The notes beneath the pieces are model-generated. The model was given only the letters and a program-made list of their open reading frames with translations. It searched no databases and was not told where the DNA came from. From Fonticula alba ATCC 38817 (Eukaryota; Protista; Nucleariida), in assembly GCA_000388065.2 (NCBI GenBank), contig KB932204.1: a stretch of DNA of 64,000 nt. One strand, given 5' to 3'. Both the position numbers and the translations under genes were made by a program. This document shows positions 57,645-64,000 of the stretch, in pieces (position 1 is the stretch's first letter; the number at the start of each line of letters is the position of its first letter).

Positions 57645-60600
57645 ATGTCCTGGATCTTGATCAATCCCTTCCAGCTGCTCAACGGCAGCGCCGGCAGCGG
57701 GGGAGGGGCCAGCGCCGTGTCGTCCCCCGCGGCCGCCGTGACCATGGGCATCACACGCAAGACCTACCCCATCGAGCTGCCGATCGAGTACCTCAGCCCG
57801 GAGCTGACCATCACCGACATCTACTTCCTGTCGCTGAGCGTCTACTTCCTGTGCACCATGGTCATGTACATTGTCCGGCGACACCACGAGCCGGTGCGCA
57901 ATCGGGGGCTCTTCCATGCCACCGGGCTGTCCCTGGCGGCGGTCGGCTACTGCGTGGCCATGTCGCTCTCCCTGCGCCCGGTCAGCTGTGTATTCAGCTT
58001 CATCGTGGTCAACAGCATGCCGGCATTATATGTGATGGTTCGTCCAGCCAGGCCGCCCGGGGCCCTGGGCCCTTGGGAGATGGGCCCTCCGCCCGGCGGC
58101 CGTGCCAGCGGCCGACCCCAGCTCCGGGGCCTTTTTTTTATGTCGTGCAAAGAAAAGGCGATTGCCTTTTTTCTCCCCCCGCCGCCGCCCTCCCACACGC
58201 CCCGCGCACCGGTGACTGACCCGACCATGGTGTAGCCCACGGCCCGGCGCGTGCTCTACATCTTGGCGCAATACTGGTGGTACAAGGCCAGCCACCGGGC
58301 CTTCATGCACTCCACCAGCGCCAGCGACAGTGACGCCTGTCTGGATGACAGCAGCTCGGTCATCTACCTGGGCGAGATGTCCTCGGCGGGGCTGGCCGAC
58401 GGCCCGGCCGGGCTGCCACTGGCGGATCTCGGGTCGCTGGTGTCGTCGCCCAGCATGGCGGCCGACGTGTGCTCTTCCGATCTCAAGGCCAGCCACCGGG
58501 CCTTCATGCACTCCACCAGCGCCAGCGACAGTGACGCCTGTCTGGATGACAGCAGCTCGGTCATCTACCTGGGCGAGATGTCCTCGGCGGGGCTGGCCGA
58601 CGGCCCGGCCGGGCTGCCACTGGCGGATCTCGGGTCGCTGGTGTCGTCGCCCAGCATGGCGGCCGATTCGTCCTTCTGCCCGACGCCCAACAGCCCGTGG
58701 TCCGTGGACTTCCGGCCGCTTGGCACGTCGTCCTCCGCCTCGTCGGCCGAGTCGGCCGAGGCGGCCGGCCTGCCATGCGGGCCGCAGGGGCCCGGTCTTA
58801 CCGGCCCCGGGCGCAGCCCGAGCCAGCTCAGCCTCGAGAAGGAGAAGGCCGCGGCCGCCGGACAGGCCACCGACAGCATGGCGGCCGGGAGGCCGAGTGC
58901 CCCGGCCATGGGCCCCGGCATGGCGCCCAGGGCCGCCGGGGAGTTCCCCCCGCACGAGGCCCCGGAGGATGCCCTCTTCTCGGCCACCAACGACCTGCCC
59001 CGGGCGGAGCGGCTCTGGGCGCGCTTCCAGCTGCGCTTTGCCATTTTCATCCGCCAAGCCCACCAAATGCCCGGCCACTTGCAGATCCTCATCTACTTTG
59101 CCATGGCCCTGCTGTGTGTGGGCTGTGCCTTTGCCTATGTCTACATGGACCAGATCGGAAGAGCACACGCCAACGACCTGCCCCGGGCGGAGCGGCTCTG
59201 GGCGCGCTTCCAGCTGCGCTTTGCCATTTTCATCCGCCAAGCCCACCAAATGCCCGGCCACTTGCAGATCCTCATCTACTTTGCCATGGCCCTGCTGTGT
59301 GTGGGCTGTGCCTTTGCCTATGTCTACACGGACCACCTGTCCGGGGGCCAGGCTCTGGACATTCACCTGGTGAAGGATGGCCTGTGCAAGGCCAACGTCG
59401 TGCCGGTGTCCACCACATTCTCGATGCTCTTCACTTCGGTCACCGTGCCGTCGGTGCTCTTTTCGCTGAAGGCACGCGATGTGTATCGCCATCGTTTTGA
59501 GCTGGGGGTACGTGCGCGCGACCTTGCTCCGGTGCTGGCTGGCGGCCGCGTGCCGGGCTTCCGGGCCGGGGCCCAAAAAAAGAGTGTCTGCCCGGCGCCT
59601 GCCTGCCACCCTGCCATGGGCCGGGCCCTGGCCGGTGGGCAGCCCTGGCCCGTGTGTCTTCTTCGGTGTGGCTGGCCTGCGTGCTGACTGGCGTGATTCC
59701 GTGGGGCCCTGCCGGGGGCTGTGACCTTGTGCCGACGCCTCCCCCCCCCCCCNNNNNNNNNNNNNNNNNNNNNNNNNNNNNNNNNNNNNNNNNNNNNNNN
59801 NNNNNNNNNNNNNNNNNNNNNNNNNNNNNNNNNNNNNNNNNNNNNNNNNNNNNNNNNNNNNNNNNNNNNNNNNNNNNNNNNNNNNNNNNNNNNNNNNNNN
59901 NNNNNNNNNNNNNNNNNNNNNNNNNNNNNNNNNNNNNNNNNNNNNNNNNNNNNNNNNNNNNNNNNNNNNNNNNNNNNNNNNNNNNNNNNNNNNNNNNNNN
60001 NNNNNNNNNNNNNNNNNNNNNNNNNNNNNNNNNNNNNNNNNNNNNNNNNNNNNNNNNNNNNNNNNNNNNNNNNNNNNNNNNNNNNNNNNNNNNNNNNNNN
60101 NNNNNNNNNNNNNNNNNNNNNNNNNNNNNNNNNNNNNNNNNNNNNNNNNNNNNNNNNNNNNNNNNNNNNNNNNNNNNNNNNNNNNNNNNNNNNNNNNNNN
60201 NNNNNNNNNNNNNNNNNNNNNNNNNNNNNNNNNNNNNNNNNNNNNNNNNNNNNNNNNNNNNNNNNNNNNNNNNNNNNNNNNNNNNNNNNNNNNNNNNNNN
60301 NNNNNNNNNNNNNNNNNNNNNNNNNNNNNNNNNNNNNNNNNNNNNNNNNNNNNNNNNNNNNNNNNNNNNNNNNNNNNNNNNNNNNNNNNNNNNNNNNNNN
60401 NNNNNNNNNNNNNNNNNNNNNNNNNNNNNNNNNNNNNNNNNNNNNNNNNNNNNNNNNNNNNNNNNNNNNNNNNNNNNNNNNNNNNNNNNNNNNNNNNNNN
60501 NNNNNNNNNNNNNNNNNNNNNNNNNNNNNNNNNNNNNNNNNNNNNNNNNNNNGGGCTTGTAGGCTGGTGGCGCGTGGCGGTGAAACTGACCCGGAAAGGG

Positions 60601-62815
60601 CCTTCCCCTTTGGCCGCCCTCTTCCCCGGCCGTGTCCGCTCCGGGCTCCGCCTCGGTGGCAGGGAGGCGACCATGCATGCGGAGAAGTTGGCCGACCCGG
60701 AGGGCCGGTCCACCGCCGGCGAGGGCGGGTCCCCTGCGCCTGTCAGCGACGGGGAGGGGGATGCCCGCTCGACCGCCAGCAAGACGGCCTTCTCCCTGGA
60801 CCGTGGGGCCGGCGCCATGGATGCCCCCGGGTCGCCGGGCATGGCGGCCCCCTGGCCGGAGTTCCTGGCCGGCCACGGCGCGACCCAGTTGGCGGCCAGG
60901 CAGCCCGCCTGCGCCCGCTCCTCCGGCCAGGGGGATTCGCTGGAGCTCGGGCCTCTGCCAGCGCATGCTGGGGCCCGGGATGCCGGGCCAAGCGCCCCCC
61001 CGGAGGACCCCTTCCCCCAGCCCATCCTCGGGCAAGAGAGCGTGCCCCCGCTGCCGGACGCCAGGCCCCACTTGGCCGGCAAGCCGGCCGGCCGATCCGG
61101 ACGCAGCCGCAGTGCCTCCCTCGGCCATGTGGAGGCGGGGGCCAGCGCCGGCGGGGACGTCGACCGGCCGGCTGGCAGCGGGCCGCTGGCGCGGCCGGCT
61201 CACCTGCAGGTGGACACCGCGGCGGCCATCGCCACCGGGATTTCCACCTGCGCGGCGGCCCACACCCCGGATGGGTCTTCCATCACCTGCATCACCCCCA
61301 GCGACCCGACCCCCCTGGAGTCCTCGGTGGCGGCCATCCACCGGCGTGAGGTGGCCGAGCGCCGGCAGCAGCGCATGTCGGCCCAGCAGCGCGTGGCCGG
61401 GCTCCGGCATCCCCTGCTCACGGGCGGCGGGCCCGGGGCCCTGGCTGGCGTCACGGCCGGCACGCCGGCCGACACCGGCGCCCCGGCGGCAGGCCCATCC
61501 GGCGGGCCATTCGGCCCGCGCCCGGATGCCATCGGCGTCGACGCGGCAAGCAGCACCCCCAGGCCATCGATGCATGGCGGGGGCGCCGGGGGCGGCCACG
61601 ACCCGCTCAGCTCCGGGGACTTGGCCGGGGTCGACCGGCGCCGGCGGGCCTTGGGCTGGCAGGCGGCTGGCATGCCGGCCCCGATGTCGCGCTCCGCGTC
61701 GACGGCCCTCTCCACCATCAGCAGCAGCACTGCCGGGGCGTCGGAGCTGGCCCTCCGCGGTGCGGCTGCCGCCGACTTGGAAGCCGGCCTGGCCTGCCGC
61801 TTTGGCAATTACCTGCGCCTGGAGTGCTTCTACTCGCAGACGCGGCTGGAGCGGGCTCGCGAGGCCGCCGCCGCCGCCGCCGCCGCGCCATCGTCGGCCG
61901 GCCTGTCTCGGGCGGGATCCGCCGCCGGGTCCGGCTCGCCGCCGCCGCCGCCGCCGCCGCCGGGGCGGGGGCCCGGCCGCAGGGGGGCCGGCGCTGCCGG
62001 GGGGCTCTTTTCGTGGATCTTCCGCGATCGGGCCACCAGCCGCGAGGGGCAAAATATCTCGGCCGATGGGATCATCGCCATGCGGCGCTTCGAGCAGTTC
62101 TGCTCCGAGTCCTGGTGCCTGGAGATTCTGCTTTTTGTGCGCCAATGTGCGCGCTTCGAAAATTCCTACAACTCCTGGAGCAAGGTGCGTCGTCCCAGGG
62201 CATGCGGCCTCGCGGGTGCCGGCTCCCCGGGGGGGGGGGGGGGGCTGTGCTCCGGCGAGGCCGGCCCGGCATTCGTTGGCCCGCGCGCCCCCCCCCCGGG
62301 GGAGGGGGACAGGGTCCTGCTTCTCATGAGCCGATGTGTGTCCGGAAAACTGACTCGTCCCCCCCGCCCCGCCCCCCGGCCATGGTCGTGGCTCCTGCCC
62401 CCGAATGGACGCCCCCGGCCGCGGGGAATGGCCGCGGTGGCCCGGCAGAAAACACGCCTGGTTGAGGCGGCCCAGATCATGTCCAAGTTCATCCGCGTCG
62501 GGGCCACGCTCGAGATCAACCTCGAGCACCGGGTTCGCCGGTCGTTGTTGGATTTCTTCGCGGTGCTGTGCTCGCGAGCGGCGGTGTACAGCCCAAGCCC
62601 GGGGGGTGCCACCGGGCCCGGGCCGACGGCCGTGGCGCCCGGCCCCGGGTCTCGGGTGTCCTGCTCGGCCCTGCTCACCGGGCCCGGCGCCAGCGCCAGC
62701 AACACCCTGTCGGAGCTGCCGCCGCCGCCGCCAGCGGGGCCCGGCGGGGGCGATCTGGACGCCGGCGGGGGCTCCGGCCTGGAGCACACTTGTGTCACGG
62801 AGCTCTCGTCCATCA

Positions 62816-62850
<35 letters not shown>

Positions 62851-63186
62851 CTCGGGGGGGGCACGCCTGCGCAAGCCGCCACGGTGGAGACCATTTCCCT
62901 GGGCGAGATGTCGCGCCTGTTCGACCTGAAGTTCGTGCCTTCCAGCGGCCCGGGCAGCGCGGCCGGGCCGGCTCTCCGCGAGGACACGCTCCTGGTGGTG
63001 CCCTGCGTGCCGCGTTTTGTCTTCCACTTTGTCCACTTGGAGGCCATCAGCCAGCTGGACTTCAAGATGTGGCCCTGGCTCGAGAGCGAGTCCGGCCGGC
63101 CCTTCCAGCACCTGAGCGAGCACCATGCGGCCGGCGTGGCCATGGCTTCGTCATCGTCGTCGACCCGGGCCCCGGAGCACCCTTGA
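57645..63186 (+). CDS. Multi-pass membrane protein with C-terminal RGS domain (probable 7TM-RGS); interrupted by an 800-nt gap and two artefactual duplications
   Basis: Exons 57645-58037 and 58236-59507, then the gap, then ~60563-62184 and 62449-63186. Five hydrophobic helices are visible before the gap (e.g. DIYFLSLSVYFLCTMVMYIV followed by RRHHEPVRNRG; LQILIYFAMALLCVGCAFAYVY; STTFSMLFTSVTVPSVLF followed by RDVYRHRFEL). RGS-like core: RRFEQFCSESWCLEILLFVRQC..F, AAQIMSKFIRVGATLEINLEHRVR, FVHLEAISQL. Linkage across the gap is inferred. Confidence 0.72.
58466..58483 (+). other. Illumina TruSeq adapter remnant (assembly artefact)
   Basis: GACGTGTGCTCTTCCGATCT (58464-58483) equals the 3' end of the TruSeq read-2 primer; it sits between two 183-bp direct copies (58283-58465, 58484-58666). 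Confidence 0.95.
59152..59169 (+). other. Illumina TruSeq adapter remnant (assembly artefact)
   Basis: AGATCGGAAGAGCACACG is the standard adapter read-through; it sits between two 165-bp direct copies (58987-59151, 59170-59334; one mismatch). Confidence 0.95.
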
Positions 63187-64000
63187 TCGATCCCCGCGCC
63201 CGCGCCCCCCCTGGCCTCCCCCGTCTAGGGGCGCCTCGACGGGCTCAGCCCCAGGGGGGCGGGGGAGCGGGGAAGGCCCTCGCAAGTGGAATTCCCACCC
63301 CGGTGGGCGCGCGTGGCCCTGCCATGCGCACCTCGGCTGTGGAGACATATATGCCCTGGCAGGGGGCGGCTCCATGTCTCCCCATTTTTGCCTTTCGCTC
63401 TCTAAGTGTGTGTCGTTCACCGGGGCGACCTCCCCCCGCCCGCCCCTCCGATCGGCCTGGCCTCTCTTGCCTGTCCTCGGGCAGCCGGTTGGAGGCTGTC
63501 CCTGGTCGGGGCCGTGTACACTCCTTGTCGCTTTTTTTTTTGCCTCCGGCTGAGCTACCCGCTGGTTGTTCCCCGCATGTGCGCATATGTTGTGGCTGCC
63601 TGTGTGTCGCGCAGGTGGAAGGAATGGGGCCGGCCGCAATGTCTCTCGATCCCCGGATCCCCCTACAAAAAAGGAATAACGCCAACTTTTGGCACCTGGC
63701 GAAAGCTCCTGGCCAAAATATACAATAGACCCTGTCGCGTGCGAGTGTGTGTGTGGGGGGGGGGGGCAAGGGTCTCCCCTGCCGTCTGATGTGCTGTGCG
63801 CGCATCCCCTGGCCCCTTCGCGCGCGGTATACTCGGGCATGCCGCCTTTCCCCTTGTAGGAGGATGGCAGTCGAGCGGCGAGCGAAGCATGCATGGCAGG
63901 CCACCAAAACCCCGAGCGTCTGCCGGGCCTTTGGGCCTCACTCATGGGCGAGGGGGTGTCAGAAGGCCATGGCATCGGGCCTGCTTCGGGGACTCACATC

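Noticed and set aside
58283-59334. Genuine tandem domain duplication in the RGS gene
   Set aside because: The junctions are exact Illumina adapter sequence.
1-64000. Transposons, rRNA genes and prokaryote-type systems
   Set aside because: No transposase, RT or integrase motifs, terminal inverted repeats with TSDs, rRNA signatures or operon-like gene runs were seen.

Overview
Very GC-rich, intron-containing eukaryotic genomic DNA from a draft short-read assembly, with 10 N-gaps mostly bordered by C/G homopolymers. The mix of fungal-type genes (STB6-like, IKS1-like, Hir3/Cabin1) suggests a holomycotan protist such as Fonticula; this is inference only. Seven spliced protein genes were reconstructed by hand: CNOT9/Rcd1 (+), STB6/STB2-like (+), a double AAA+ ATPase of the AFG2/SPATA5L1 type with degenerate catalytic motifs (-), CABIN1/Hir3-like (+), an IKS1-like kinase with a membrane-anchored C-terminal extension (-), an unknown N-terminally anchored protein (-) and a probable 7TM-RGS protein (+). 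A ~12.4 kb island (16.6-29.0 kb) with no protein gene I could support holds 13 intronless tRNA genes, including four identical tRNA-Gly(CCC); a 14th tRNA (Val-CAC) lies at 51.2 kb. The most novel-looking signal is a pair of paralogous non-coding blocks inside the tRNA island that end in oligo-T, a candidate unannotated Pol III RNA family. Other highlights: a GTRCG-dominated splice-donor consensus, and two in-frame duplications in the RGS gene that are Illumina-adapter artefacts. Most ORFs in the supplied track are spurious GC-rich or shadow frames. No database searches were run; family calls rest on remembered motifs.
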